The notes: generated by a model from the letters alone, not told the origin. A stretch of DNA of 64,000 bases from Kiritimatiellia bacterium (GCA_050949565.1 JBMNFY010000017.1:864001-928000); one strand, 5' to 3'; counted from the first letter of the stretch, positions 40,562-53,721 are shown. Made by a program: numbers and translations.

Positions 40562-41184
40562 GAACGCAGAACTCAGAACATTGAACGCCCAACGCAGAAG
40601 TAAAACTCCTGAATCCTCAATCCTAACTGCTAACTCCGCGCACAGCGCGGCTGCGCCTTCACGTAAAACAACCGAGCAGTGCTTTTACTCTCATCATTGC
40701 GAGCCACTGCGTGATCACACCAACCGATTTTGCTCCCGATGCTCCGCAATTACCCTTCTACTGTGCCCACACCTTGAAAGGTGTGGAAGTAGAAAACGAC
40801 AGTCAAACAGATAAGGAAACATCAAAAAAACCCAATGTTTACTAGGGTTTATTCACTATTGCTCCCTTTTCCTCTCTGGGCCTTATTTCCACACCTTGAA
40901 AGGTGTGGAAGAGGAGCACATGTTTTTCTCAGGCTCCGTTTACGTCCAAATGATGTTTCAAATGAGAGACTCTTGCCCCCTCGTGGCACGGTCCCGCCCA
41001 TGAAATACGGGCAAGATGCCCGTGCCATATCTGAACGCAGAACGCAGAACGTTGAACGCCCAACGCAGAAGTAAAACTCCTGAATCCTCAATCCTAACTG
41101 CTAACTCCGCGCACAGCGCGGCTGCGCCTTCGCGTGAAACAGCCGAGCAGTGCTTTTACACTCATCATTGCGAGCCACTGCGTG
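40562..41184. repeat. 152-bp direct repeats (40562-40713, 41033-41184) flanking an AT-rich segment and a degenerate MITE
   Basis: GAACGCAGAAC...TTGCGAGCCACTGCGTG present twice with few mismatches. Confidence 0.85.
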
Positions 41185-41326
41185 GTCGCAATAAGCTCCG
41201 CGACTGGCGACTTGCGGCCAGCCCGGCCCCCAAAAAACCTCTGCGTCTCTGCGCCTCTGCATTAAATAAAACCGAGCCACAAGCACCCAACGCCAAAGTT
41301 AAAAACCGTGAAAACCGTGAAACCGC

Positions 41327-41354
41327 TTGACCGAACCCCTCTATGATATACAAT
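41327..41354 (+). promoter_or_regulatory. sigma70-type promoter TTGACC-N16-TACAAT
   Basis: About 125 nt upstream of the LamG-like gene. Confidence 0.5.
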
Positions 41355-41478
41355 TAGGGATTATGGGAAAATCTGCAGGACGAACCGTGACGAGTGAGCC
41401 ATCGGCCAACGCCCTGCTGAAACGCCAGTATCGCGAGGGGTGGAAACTGTGAGGAAAAACACGAAAGGAAACGACAGC

Positions 41479-43058
41479 ATGAAGGCAGTGCAAAGAAGAA
41501 GCATGTTTCTCGTAGCGATCTTGACCGTCGCGTGGATGGCGGGACAGGTGGGCGCGGCGGTGGTTGACTTGCGCGCCGAGGCGCGTGCCAACCCGTCGCT
41601 GATGCACCACTACACCTTCGAAGGCCCGCACCAAGGGCCGGCGGGGTGGCAACCAATCTCTCGCATGACGACTATCTGCTCGACCGCAAGGGCGGGTTGC
41701 ACTTGCGAGACGTGGATGTATCACTTCGGGTTCGGTCTCTTATGGACCGGGCTGTCGACACACTGAGCCGCGCGGCGATTGGGATCAAGAACGAAACAAG
41801 ACCATGTTTACCGGTCGCGGCGTGGCGCACGACCGGTGACGACCACCCTACCTGAAGCCTTGACGGTCGAGTGCGTGCTGCGGCCGAACCGGAAGCCGGA
41901 GGACTTACAGCGGCTACATGTCGTCGGGACACGCAATTCTATCGACAGGGATCGGCGCGGCTACTTTCTGCTCATCAACACCAGTGGCAAGCTCGCCTTG
42001 CAAGTCGGCAATCCGGCTGCCGTGTCTTTCTCTGATGAGTTGGAGACCAACCACTGGTATTACGTGGTGACGACCTTCGATGTCACGGCCAGCGGCGCCA
42101 CGACCCAGACGGTCATCAACGCTTACTTTGCGGATCTGACTGCGGGCGGTCCACTGACGCACGCTTTGGCAAACCACACGGTTTCCGGTTTTAACGCCCG
42201 CTATTCCTTCAATCCATCACAGATCGGCATCGGTTGCCTCTGGAACGCAGACAGTGTGCAATACCCTTCACCGGCCTCGATCGATGAGGTGGCGATCTAC
42301 GGCAGCGTGTTCAGCGCCGAGACGATCGACAAACACTTGGAGGCGCTGCGGCGCGAGATGCCAGAAGTCTGGTACCGCGAAATCTTCCCGAGTGATAACA
42401 AGCTGGAGCACCCTTCGACGGAAGAGGGATGGTTCTGCCACTGGGACTCCACGGCCACAACCGTTCCATCAACGATTGTGGTTCCAAAGGCAGACACTGC
42501 TTTTCTGGAAGACGTTTCTCCTGTGGGATCGTCCCCGTCAGGAAGTGGAAGCTCTTTTGGTTACTTGAACAACTATTCCGGCCGACCGCCACCAACTATA
42601 TCTACTGGACCGAAGAAATGACCAACAAGGTCGAGTTCGCGTGGCTACGGGCGATTGAGTTCGACACCCGCTTCGTTGAGGCACGGAGCGTACATGTGGC
42701 GGTACGGCTGGATGTACACGGCACGGCGGCGGACACCTCTGACGACGTGTGGTATATGACGCGGGACTTCACCAATGCGGTCGGCACCAGTTCTCTCTCA
42801 ATACCGAGGGGTAGCAGTCGGTGGTGGCGCCACATACTGGACATGCAGGTGGCTGAATGGACGGTGCTCGACTTCAAACCCGACGTGATACTGGAGCCGG
42901 GCACGACGCAGGCCGTGCCGCCGGAGCGCGCGCGGATCACGGCCTTCGGACTGTTCCATCCGATTCATGTTCACACCAAAAACGAGCGTATCGATAACTA
43001 CACGCTCTACGTGCGCAAGATCTATCCGCCGCTGGGGACGTTGATCAGCGTGCGGTAG
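41479..43058 (+). pseudogene. Secreted LamG/concanavalin-like protein, at least 3 frameshifts
   Basis: Signal peptide then HHYTFEG; LTVECVLRP, WYYVVTTFD, IDEVAIYG across ORFs 41440, 41646, 41779, 42429; ends PPLGTLISVR. Confidence 0.75.
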
Positions 43059-43291
43059 CCAGAACGCTCAACGTTCAACGCGGAAACGGGAGGGGCAAGC
43101 GTCTGCTTGACCGGCGGCGTAAACGCCGCCCACAGAACCGGGCGCGCATCTTGGAGTGCGGTGACAAGAGCCGCGCTGTGCGCGGGTCGCGGCACCGCTT
43201 TCCCTCCGCGCTGCGCGCGGAGGGCGGCTCGGAAGCCCGGAGAGGGTGACAAACGTCCAAGCTACAGACAGGGAAAATTGGGAGGAAAGGA

Positions 43292-46252
43292 ATGAGGTCA
43301 ATGAGGAGCATTCTGCTGATTGTTTGCATAGGGATGGCGGGGAGTACGCTGGCGGCAGAGTTGGCGGCAGGCTGGACACATTCTGTGGCGGTCAGGGACG
43401 GCCGGGTTTGGACGTGGGGCGATAACGCCTATGGACAACTGGGCCAGCCGGATGCGGGACGTGCGTTGCGTCCGCGCCCTGTCGCCGGGCTCGATGGCGT
43501 CACGGCGGTGTCGGCGGCGTGGCACACGCTGGCGGTCACCCGCGATGGCCACGTCTATGCCTGGGGCCGCAATGATTTAGGCCAGCTCGGCAACGGGCGG
43601 TGCGGCATCGGTGAAAAATCTTATGAGCCGGTGCGCGTGGATGGGCTGGAGCACATCGTCGCGGTCGCGGCGGGGTGGGATCACTCGCTGGCCTTGGCGC
43701 GCGACGGCCAGGTCTACGCATGGGGCTGTCGCTCTCACGGTCAGCTCGGCGACGGTGTGCGTAAGACCGGCGAGCCCGTAACCCGGCCGCAGGCCGTGCC
43801 GGGGCTGACGCAGATCAAGATGATCGCGGCGGGCGGCCAACATAGCTTGGCACTCGGCAACGACGGCACGGTTTACGCGTGGGGCAGCAATTGGAATGGT
43901 CAGCTCGGCAACGGCAAAACTGGAAGAGGTACGCACAGCGCGACGCCGCAAGCGGCGGTCGGGCCGAACGGCAAGGGGGCGCTCACTGGTGCAGTTTCCA
44001 TCGCGGCGGGTGCTCTGCACAGCGTGGCGGTGGCGGCGGACGGCACGGTTTACGCGTGGGGCTACAATGGTACCGGACAGGTGCCGGAGGGTGGACGCGG
44101 CGGGTTTTGGGAGACTCAGGGCAAGCGCAGTATAGGCGTGCCGACTGCCGCGCTGGCGACCGGCAAGCCGGCGAAGACTTTCAATAACGGGCTGGCGGTG
44201 GCGGCAGGGTATGAGGCCACTTATGTGTTGGACAAGGATGGACATGTGCATGCGGCGGGCTGGAGCATGTACGGCGAGCAGGCGTCCGGCGGAACCGGTG
44301 GCGGCAACCGCGATGTCCTGTGTCCTGTGACCACGGGACGTGCGGTCACTTGGCAGAATCCACCGCCCGGGGTCTGGCAACCGGGGCTGATCTACCTTTA
44401 TACGGATGAAGCCCACCTCGACAAAGGTGTCAAGGATCTGGAGACGATTGACGTGTTCAAGGGTGCGCCAGTCAAAGTCGGCAATAAAGGGGCGACAGGT
44501 ATGCAGAGCGGCTCGATCTCGCGCAATGCTGATCACGTCGAAGCTGCGGCCACACTGGTCTACCCGGTGCTGGCAGAAGCCGGGAAACCTTTGAAGTGCA
44601 TGCTGACGCGGCTGATGTTCGGCGTACATGCCGGGGACAATGACTTCGCTACCCAAGTGCGGTTGCGTTGGACAAATGTTGATAGCGGCGAAGTTGTTGA
44701 TGTTCCGCTGGACTCGGATGCTGGCATGGGAAAGGGCATGATGCCGCAAATTGGCGGCGTGGTCGAGATGGCTGGCGGTATGCATCACGCTGTGGCGCGT
44801 GACCGTGACGGTGTCATCTGGGCTTGGGGGCACAACGGCTTCGGGCAAGTCGGCGACGGCAGCGTTCATGACGGTGCGGTGGCGCAGAAACTGACAGACT
44901 TCGACGCCAAGGTTGCGGCATTGCCGCGCCAGCGTGAAGCGCGTCAGAAGAGTGACAATCGACCGCCACGCGGTAACTCCATCAATGTGCGCGAACGCGG
45001 GGCCAAGGGCGACGGCATCACGCTGGATCAAGCGGCGTTGCAAAAAGTGATTGATGATTGCGCTCAGAACGGCGGCGGCACGGTCTGGTTCCCGCCGGGC
45101 TATTACCTGACCGGCACCCTGTTCATGCGCGACAACGTGCGCTTGCACCTCAACGCGGGCGCGACGATTTTGGCGGCGACCAACCGCGACCACTTTACGG
45201 GCAAGGCGCTGATACAGGCTGACGATGTCAGCGGCATTGCGATCACCGGCGAGGGCGTGATCGACGCGCGCGGCGCATTTGTCGGGGCGCGCGACTGGCG
45301 GCACTACTGCTTGCACATGACCAACTGCCGCAATGTGTTGCTGGAGGGGGTCAGCACAATCAACTCCGGTTCATGGACCCAGCACTACATCCGCTGCATC
45401 GGCTTGACGATCCGCGGCGTGATGGTACGCAGCCTGCTGCCCGGTCGCAACAACGACGGTATTGATCTCTCCGGTTGCGAGAACGTCAGGATCGAGAAGT
45501 GTACGGTGATCTCCGATGACGACGCGATCGTGATCAAGAGTCAGACCGGCGACCGCGAGAACCGCAACATCGAGGTTGTCGACAACGTCTGTCACACCTA
45601 CCGCGGGGCGTTCAAGCTCGGCACGGAGACGCGCGGGGCGTATTCCAATATCGTCTGCCGTAACCTGACCTGCTACGGCGCAAAAGCGATGGAGCTTTAT
45701 TCGGTCGATGGTTCGGAAGCACAGGACATTCGGGTTGAGAACGTGCGGGCTTACGATGCGTTGGTGGCGATCAACATACGCCTCGGGGCACGTCTCCGCA
45801 AAGAGTACTGGGCCAAGGGGTTGAAGCCTAAAGTCGGATTCTTGCGGAACATCAGCATACGCAACGTGACCGGCAACACGGCCACGCGCGCGTGGCGCGA
45901 CCTGCTGCTGGAGCACAACATAACCGATGGCGAGTGGGCCACGGGGCGTCCGGAGCGTGCGTACGACAGTTGCATTTCCGGACTGCCGGAACATTTTGTG
46001 GAGAATGTGAAGATCGAGCAGGTGGATGTCCGGGTGCCCGGCGGTACCGAGGCTGTGCCGGATGCGGCCACACTGCCAGAGCGACCAGAGGCTTATCCGC
46101 ACGCCGGCAATTTCGGGGTTTTGCCCGCACACGGCATTTTTGTGCGTCATGCGCGCGATGTCACGATACGCAAGACGCGTTTCAAGACCGAGTCGCCGGA
46201 CGCCCGCCCGCCTTTTGCGGCACACAACGCGCCGGGATTCAGCGTAGAGTGA
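43292..46252 (+). CDS. RCC1-repeat + GH28-like (pectin lyase fold) secreted protein
   Basis: Repeated AAG..HSLAL..DG.VYAWG.N..GQLG; then GAKGDG, FPPGYYLTG, NNDGID, DDDAIVIKS, KLGTET. Confidence 0.88.
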   Translation: MRSMRSILLIVCIGMAGSTLAAELAAGWTHSVAVRDGRVWTWGDNAYGQLGQPDAGRALRPRPVAGLDGVTAVSAAWHTLAVTRDGHVYAWGRNDLGQLGNGRCGIGEKSYEPVRVDGLEHIVAVAAGWDHSLALARDGQVYAWGCRSHGQLGDGVRKTGEPVTRPQAVPGLTQIKMIAAGGQHSLALGNDGTVYAWGSNWNGQLGNGKTGRGTHSATPQAAVGPNGKGALTGAVSIAAGALHSVAVAADGTVYAWGYNGTGQVPEGGRGGFWETQGKRSIGVPTAALATGKPAKTFNNGLAVAAGYEATYVLDKDGHVHAAGWSMYGEQASGGTGGGNRDVLCPVTTGRAVTWQNPPPGVWQPGLIYLYTDEAHLDKGVKDLETIDVFKGAPVKVGNKGATGMQSGSISRNADHVEAAATLVYPVLAEAGKPLKCMLTRLMFGVHAGDNDFATQVRLRWTNVDSGEVVDVPLDSDAGMGKGMMPQIGGVVEMAGGMHHAVARDRDGVIWAWGHNGFGQVGDGSVHDGAVAQKLTDFDAKVAALPRQREARQKSDNRPPRGNSINVRERGAKGDGITLDQAALQKVIDDCAQNGGGTVWFPPGYYLTGTLFMRDNVRLHLNAGATILAATNRDHFTGKALIQADDVSGIAITGEGVIDARGAFVGARDWRHYCLHMTNCRNVLLEGVSTINSGSWTQHYIRCIGLTIRGVMVRSLLPGRNNDGIDLSGCENVRIEKCTVISDDDAIVIKSQTGDRENRNIEVVDNVCHTYRGAFKLGTETRGAYSNIVCRNLTCYGAKAMELYSVDGSEAQDIRVENVRAYDALVAINIRLGARLRKEYWAKGLKPKVGFLRNISIRNVTGNTATRAWRDLLLEHNITDGEWATGRPERAYDSCISGLPEHFVENVKIEQVDVRVPGGTEAVPDAATLPERPEAYPHAGNFGVLPAHGIFVRHARDVTIRKTRFKTESPDARPPFAAHNAPGFSVE

Positions 46253-46288
46253 ACTTTCAACGCTCAACGCTCAACGTTAAAGTTACAG

Positions 46289-46389
46289 GAGGCACTTGCA
46301 AAACCCCTCGTGGCATGGGCGTCCCGCCCATGAAACACGGGCAAGATGCCCGTGCCACACCTGTAAACAAGGAGTTTTGCAAGATCCTC
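46289..46389. mobile_element. MITE with REP doublet; 4-bp TSD ACAG
   Basis: acag|GAGGCACTTGCAAAA...TTTTGCAAGATCCTC|acag. Confidence 0.8.
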
Positions 46390-46422
46390 ACAGATAAGGG
46401 GAAACGGAAGAAAGGGATACGG

Positions 46423-48441
46423 ATGATAAGAGTCTTTGGCGCAATGATGCTCTGCGCGGCAACGTTCGCTTCCGCGGCAAACCTGCTGGTCAACGGCGGA
46501 TTTGAGGACGAGCTGACGTCGGCCTGGGAGCGGCGCACACCGGACAGCGCGGCGCGTAAAATCTGGCGCGCGACTGGCGAGGGACGCAGCGGCGCGGCGG
46601 CGGTGTTGGAGAATGTCGAGCCGGTGCAGACGCGCCTGCGGCAGGGACACGACCGCTCGATCAAAATCAAGCCGGGCAGCCGGATCGAACTCACAGCTTG
46701 GATTAAATCCGCCATGAACGCGGAGGGCGTGACCTCGCTGCAGATCTACTGCATGAATGAAAAAGGCGGTATCGTCTCGCAACCGATTGCAGTGGGGCCG
46801 GGCGGCACTTTTGATTGGACCCGCTTCCGTCTGCGGACTGTTGTGCCAGAGGGCACGGCATACGTGATGGCCTACTTGCAGATCAATCAGGGCGTCGGCA
46901 AAGCATGGTTCGACGACGTCGCGTTGACGGTGCGCCAACCCCCGGAGCCACTGCCGCCGGAGCCTACGGTCGTGCTGTTCAGCGACCTGCCGGACGACCA
47001 CGCAACGGTCAAAAACGCCAAGATTCTTTTCGGCGCAGGGCTGGTCAAAGCTACGGGAACACCGACCACCGCACTTGCAAACGCGGCAGGAGCACTGGCC
47101 TTGTACGATGGCGCGTTGTCATCGGAAGTCTGGCCGATGCTCAAGGGCTTCACAGAGAAGGGCGGGCGTGTATTTATGGACATGCGTTGTTTCGCGGCGG
47201 CGCACGGGAGCGCGGCGGTGGCGGTGAAGGTCGGCGATCCCGCTGTCAAAAACCTGCAAGCGCAGATGCAGGCTGGGCTGAAAGTCGTGCGGGAGGATGA
47301 TGCCACGGCGGGGTTCGCAACGGGACAGGTCATACCGCGCATGGGTTGGACGGATGGCAAGTTGTTGGTTCTGCCGCAGGATTTTAGTGCGGAAGGTTTG
47401 GAGGTTCTGGCCGAGGGCCCCAGCGGCGAGCCGGGGTTGGTTAAACAGACCATCGGCAAAGGACGTATCACAGCCTGCGACCTGCTCTCTCTGCGCGAAC
47501 CTTTTTACCGCAACGTTGACGCGTACCACGCCTTCACGCCGGTCAGCGGGGCGTTGGGCAATCCTGCATCGTTTGGGCAGTACTATCCGAAAAAGATGCC
47601 CTATGACGGCGTGGTGGCAGAGATGCGGCGACTGGCAGAGAAATATCCGGCGATCAGCATCGAAGACGAAGGCGAGGCATCGGGCGGTTATCGGTTGTGG
47701 AGCCTGAACCTCGGTACGCCGGGTAAATCGTTCTACTTCCTTTACTCATCGGCGCACGGCAGTGAGTGGGAACCGGGGTATGGGTTGATGACATTCGCGC
47801 GGCACATTGCCGAGGGACGGATGCGCGATGCGGTTGATTTAAGCGCGGTTCGGATCAAAATCATCCCGCTGATCAATCCCTCCGGCTATGACAAACGACA
47901 GCGGCAGAATGCCAACGGGGTGGATTTAAACCGGCAAGGCGACTACCGCTGGGAACGTTACAAGGGGCGCGACAGTAACAATGACGGCGCGTACGGTCCG
48001 TTCGATTACGACTGGAAGGGAGCGGCGCCGTTCACGGAACCGGAAGCCGTAGCTTACAAGCGGATCATCAGCGACCCGACCCTGCACTGCATTCTGGATT
48101 TTCACGGCAACACCAGCGTCAAGGCCAACAAATTCGGCATCCTGCCTGTAACGGCACATCCGGATAACGAGGACCGGGCACTTGCGATGCAGCGGATCGC
48201 CAACCTGCGGTTGCGTGGCAGACACCTGTTGCGACAGAACGACGAAAAGGAGCCGTCGCAATATCTGCTCGATTTTCTCATCCCCAACAGCGGCATTCCG
48301 GGGTTGATGAACAACGGAGCCGCGGGACGTTTCGGGTTCCTGATCGAGATGACCTGCGGCTACGGTGAGTCTTACGGGACAGTCTTGCAGACCGATTTCG
48401 TCTGTGAAATGTGCCGCGCACTTTTTATCGCTTATCGGTGA
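46423..48441 (+). CDS. Secreted CBM4/9-like domain + M14 zinc carboxypeptidase-like domain
   Basis: NLLVNGGFE...WFDDV; HGSEWE, RQNANGVDLNR, PFTEPE, LDFHG. Confidence 0.82.
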   Translation: MIRVFGAMMLCAATFASAANLLVNGGFEDELTSAWERRTPDSAARKIWRATGEGRSGAAAVLENVEPVQTRLRQGHDRSIKIKPGSRIELTAWIKSAMNAEGVTSLQIYCMNEKGGIVSQPIAVGPGGTFDWTRFRLRTVVPEGTAYVMAYLQINQGVGKAWFDDVALTVRQPPEPLPPEPTVVLFSDLPDDHATVKNAKILFGAGLVKATGTPTTALANAAGALALYDGALSSEVWPMLKGFTEKGGRVFMDMRCFAAAHGSAAVAVKVGDPAVKNLQAQMQAGLKVVREDDATAGFATGQVIPRMGWTDGKLLVLPQDFSAEGLEVLAEGPSGEPGLVKQTIGKGRITACDLLSLREPFYRNVDAYHAFTPVSGALGNPASFGQYYPKKMPYDGVVAEMRRLAEKYPAISIEDEGEASGGYRLWSLNLGTPGKSFYFLYSSAHGSEWEPGYGLMTFARHIAEGRMRDAVDLSAVRIKIIPLINPSGYDKRQRQNANGVDLNRQGDYRWERYKGRDSNNDGAYGPFDYDWKGAAPFTEPEAVAYKRIISDPTLHCILDFHGNTSVKANKFGILPVTAHPDNEDRALAMQRIANLRLRGRHLLRQNDEKEPSQYLLDFLIPNSGIPGLMNNGAAGRFGFLIEMTCGYGESYGTVLQTDFVCEMCRALFIAYR

Positions 48442-48697
48442 CGGCCGTTTTCAGGGTTGCGGCACCACGCGAATCCACAGGGTTTTCCCCGCTGACGGGC
48501 CGTAGCCCTTCATCACGCACAGCGTGGACCCTACGGTTATGACGTCTTGTGTGTAGGGCAGGGTATAGAGGTGCGTTTCTCCTGTCAAACAGATCTCATC
48601 CAAATCCGCGCCGGGGTCGGGGACGAAGGCGGAGCGCCCTTGGTGGACGTTATTGACGTTGTTGACATCGTGGACACTTGGACGCTGGAAGCGATGC

Positions 48698-48824
48698 GGG
48701 CAATTTTGTCTCACCCCGCAAAACAGTGTCATTATGGCCCGTTTTGTTTTGAGAGTTTGTTTAATTATCCTGTTGATTATCAACAGGTTAGGCTCTTTTA
48801 TTGATTGTGGCACGGTGGGTGCTT
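48698..48824 (+). promoter_or_regulatory. sigma54 promoter of clpB with IHF site and two upstream dyads
   Basis: TGGCACG-GTGG-GTGCT at 48808-48823; TATCAACAGGTTA (WATCAANNNNTTR) at 48778-48790; GGGCAATTTTGTCTC at 48698 and GTGTCATTATGGCCC at 48726. Confidence 0.7.
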
Positions 48825-48852
48825 ATATCAGGTACCACAAGGAGACCACACC

Positions 48853-51453
<2,601 letters not shown>

Positions 51454-51494
51454 TTGGAATTTAGGATTTAGGAGTTAGGAGTTTTGCGAAGGGC

Positions 51495-51516
51495 GGGGCG
51501 GCTCGCCGCCCCTTTT
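51495..51516 (+). terminator. Intrinsic terminator after clpB
   Basis: GGGGCGG-CTCG-CCGCCCC-TTTT. Confidence 0.7.
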
Positions 51517-51682
51517 GCACTCATCATTGCGAGCCACTGCGTGGTCGCAATAAGAAAGGTTGACCCGCGACCCGCGACTTGTGGCCAGCCCTGCCCCCCT
51601 AAAAAAACCTTCGTGGCCTTTGTGCCTTTGTGTGAGAAAAAATCCTAAATCCTCACTCCTAACTCCTCACTGCTCACTCCGC

Positions 51683-53701
51683 TCACTCCGCGCGGAGCGC
51701 GGAAGCCGGCGTGCAGAGATCGGTCCAATCATAGAAGCGGAGCGCGTTCTGCACGCACAGCGCGAAGTTGAAGCGATCGGCGCGGCGGATCACCTCTGCC
51801 CACGCGAGCGGGGCGTCCGCCAGTTCGAGTTTCGCGAACAGCGTCGGTTCGGCGGCGAAGGCATGTGCGGCGGCAACAGCCAACCCGCCCCGCGCATGCA
51901 GGATCACCGGAGCGCCCCCGTGCGCAGCGGCGTGCGCCCGTGCGCAGACGATAATCTCCTCCGCGCGTCGTCCGACCAACGATTCACCAAGCAGATAGAG
52001 CATGACGCCGATGCCCTCGTCAGTGTGCTTCGAACCATAGAAGCGATGCTTACACGCGCTGATCTCGCCGACCGCAGTCAGGTCGGTCGCCATCACGGGG
52101 TGGCCGGACGCCAGATAGGACGTGACCGTCTCCACCGCCTGCGTGCGGCCGCCTTCCGCAAGCACCAGCACAGGCGCGCCGGACACTTTTTCCGGAAGCA
52201 ATGTGACCGCCGGCCAAGTGAGACGGCCCGGCAATGCGAAGTGTTGGCGAACGGTGGTAAATCCTTCGCCCGCCTGACGGCCGGTCTCTGTGCGTGTGGC
52301 GTTCAACTCGGCCAGCGGACGGATACCCGCCAACTCGCGGACTTTGCGGACACGCGCATCACCGACCAGCGGCGCACGCTGCTTCTCGATGGCGGCCAGT
52401 TCGTCGCGCATGATGTCGTAGACCGAGCGCGCCCCCGGCAGGTCGCGCACTTGGCCGGTCGACGTGACCCACGCATCCGGCTCCTGCAGCCCGCAGTCTG
52501 CGCTCTTGGCATCGTAAGATGCACACGACGCACGCAGTGCCGGCAGATCCAGCGGCAGCGCCGCAGTCTCGTCACGTAGCCAGCGGCGCATCCACTGGAC
52601 CGATCCCACACGATTGCCCTCTTTCCAGCCGTGCGGACCGGGCACGTCCAACATCGCCACGCGTTCGCCCCAACCGAAGCGCTCGAACACAGCACGCGCT
52701 ACGGCGTAACTTTTCTCACTGCCGGCGAACGGGAAGAAGTCGCCGTGCGCACAGTTCATGCAGACCGGCATCGGCGCGCGCGCCAACAGATAGCCGGCGT
52801 GGTTCATCCCGAAAGCAAGCTGCCCGAAGAAATTCTGCTCGGCATCCTGCGGGCCGCAGCGGTCGCAGACATCGCGTAGCGTGGAAATGTAGCAAGAGGG
52901 CGCGCCAGCACCGATCCGATCGTCCAACGCCATGATGTAGGACGAGAGCGTGCCACCGCCACTGTTACCCATCACCCCCAACCGCTGCTTGTCAATCTCC
53001 GGCCGCTCCTGCAGATAGTCCAGCACGCGCATGCCGTCCCAGATCCTGAAGCGCGCCGTGTTCCAGCCCAACAGCATGGCACTGACGCCGGTGATGTTGT
53101 GGCCATGGACATTGTGGGGCGGTTTTTTACCGGGCAGTTGCAACCGCTCGCCTTGATCGATCGGGTCATAGATCAGTGCCGCAAGGCCCGCCTGCGCGGC
53201 CAGCACCGCACCGCGCTGGTAATCTTTGGAGGCTTTGCCGTTACCGCTATGACCGCAACAGATTAGGACCGCTGGAAAAGGCGGTTTGAAAGCCGGAGCT
53301 TGGGGCAAGAAAAGGTGCCCAGTGACAAAGTGGCCGGGTTGGCTTTCGAGCAGAATTTTTTCGATCTTATAGCCTTCGCGATCCACGCTGCCGGTGACGC
53401 GTGCATTGAGCGGCGTGCGTGCTGGGAAGCCGCCGAACGAGGCCATCCAGCGTTCACGCAACTGTTTTTGGTGTGCGGCAAGTGCTTCTTTGGTCGTCAA
53501 TGTGCCCCACGCCCTGTCAGCCGCCTCGTCTGCGGCGAGCACCTGGCTGAACACCGCCTCGTGCGAGGCCAGGCCGGCCGTGACCAACACCGGCACGGCT
53601 AGCGCGTCGGCCACCGCACCCGGCCGAGGCGCCGCCGCGACCGTACCAGCCGCTGTCGCGGCGATCAACGTGCACATTACAATCCGTCGTGTCATTGTCA
53701 C
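51683..53701 (-). CDS. Secreted alpha/beta hydrolase (acetylxylan esterase-like)
   Basis: GNSGGG nucleophile elbow, CGHS..GK, DPIDQGER, DAEQN; degenerate second domain. Confidence 0.85.
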   Translation of the reverse strand: MTMTRRIVMCTLIAATAAGTVAAAPRPGAVADALAVPVLVTAGLASHEAVFSQVLAADEAADRAWGTLTTKEALAAHQKQLRERWMASFGGFPARTPLNARVTGSVDREGYKIEKILLESQPGHFVTGHLFLPQAPAFKPPFPAVLICCGHSGNGKASKDYQRGAVLAAQAGLAALIYDPIDQGERLQLPGKKPPHNVHGHNITGVSAMLLGWNTARFRIWDGMRVLDYLQERPEIDKQRLGVMGNSGGGTLSSYIMALDDRIGAGAPSCYISTLRDVCDRCGPQDAEQNFFGQLAFGMNHAGYLLARAPMPVCMNCAHGDFFPFAGSEKSYAVARAVFERFGWGERVAMLDVPGPHGWKEGNRVGSVQWMRRWLRDETAALPLDLPALRASCASYDAKSADCGLQEPDAWVTSTGQVRDLPGARSVYDIMRDELAAIEKQRAPLVGDARVRKVRELAGIRPLAELNATRTETGRQAGEGFTTVRQHFALPGRLTWPAVTLLPEKVSGAPVLVLAEGGRTQAVETVTSYLASGHPVMATDLTAVGEISACKHRFYGSKHTDEGIGVMLYLLGESLVGRRAEEIIVCARAHAAAHGGAPVILHARGGLAVAAAHAFAAEPTLFAKLELADAPLAWAEVIRRADRFNFALCVQNALRFYDWTDLCTPASALRAE

Positions 53702-53721
53702 TCTCCCGGTTACGTAATCGG

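Noticed and set aside
40767-40911. CRISPR array from the 23-bp palindromic repeat
   Set aside because: Only two copies, 99-bp spacer, no cas genes in the window.
41355-41478. Riboswitch in the leader of the LamG-like gene
   Set aside because: Some pairing potential (GCAGG...CCTGC) but no known aptamer consensus recognised.
45892-46422. N-terminal extension of the 849-aa ORF
   Set aside because: Overlaps the upstream gene and a MITE; the signal peptide starts at ATG 46423.
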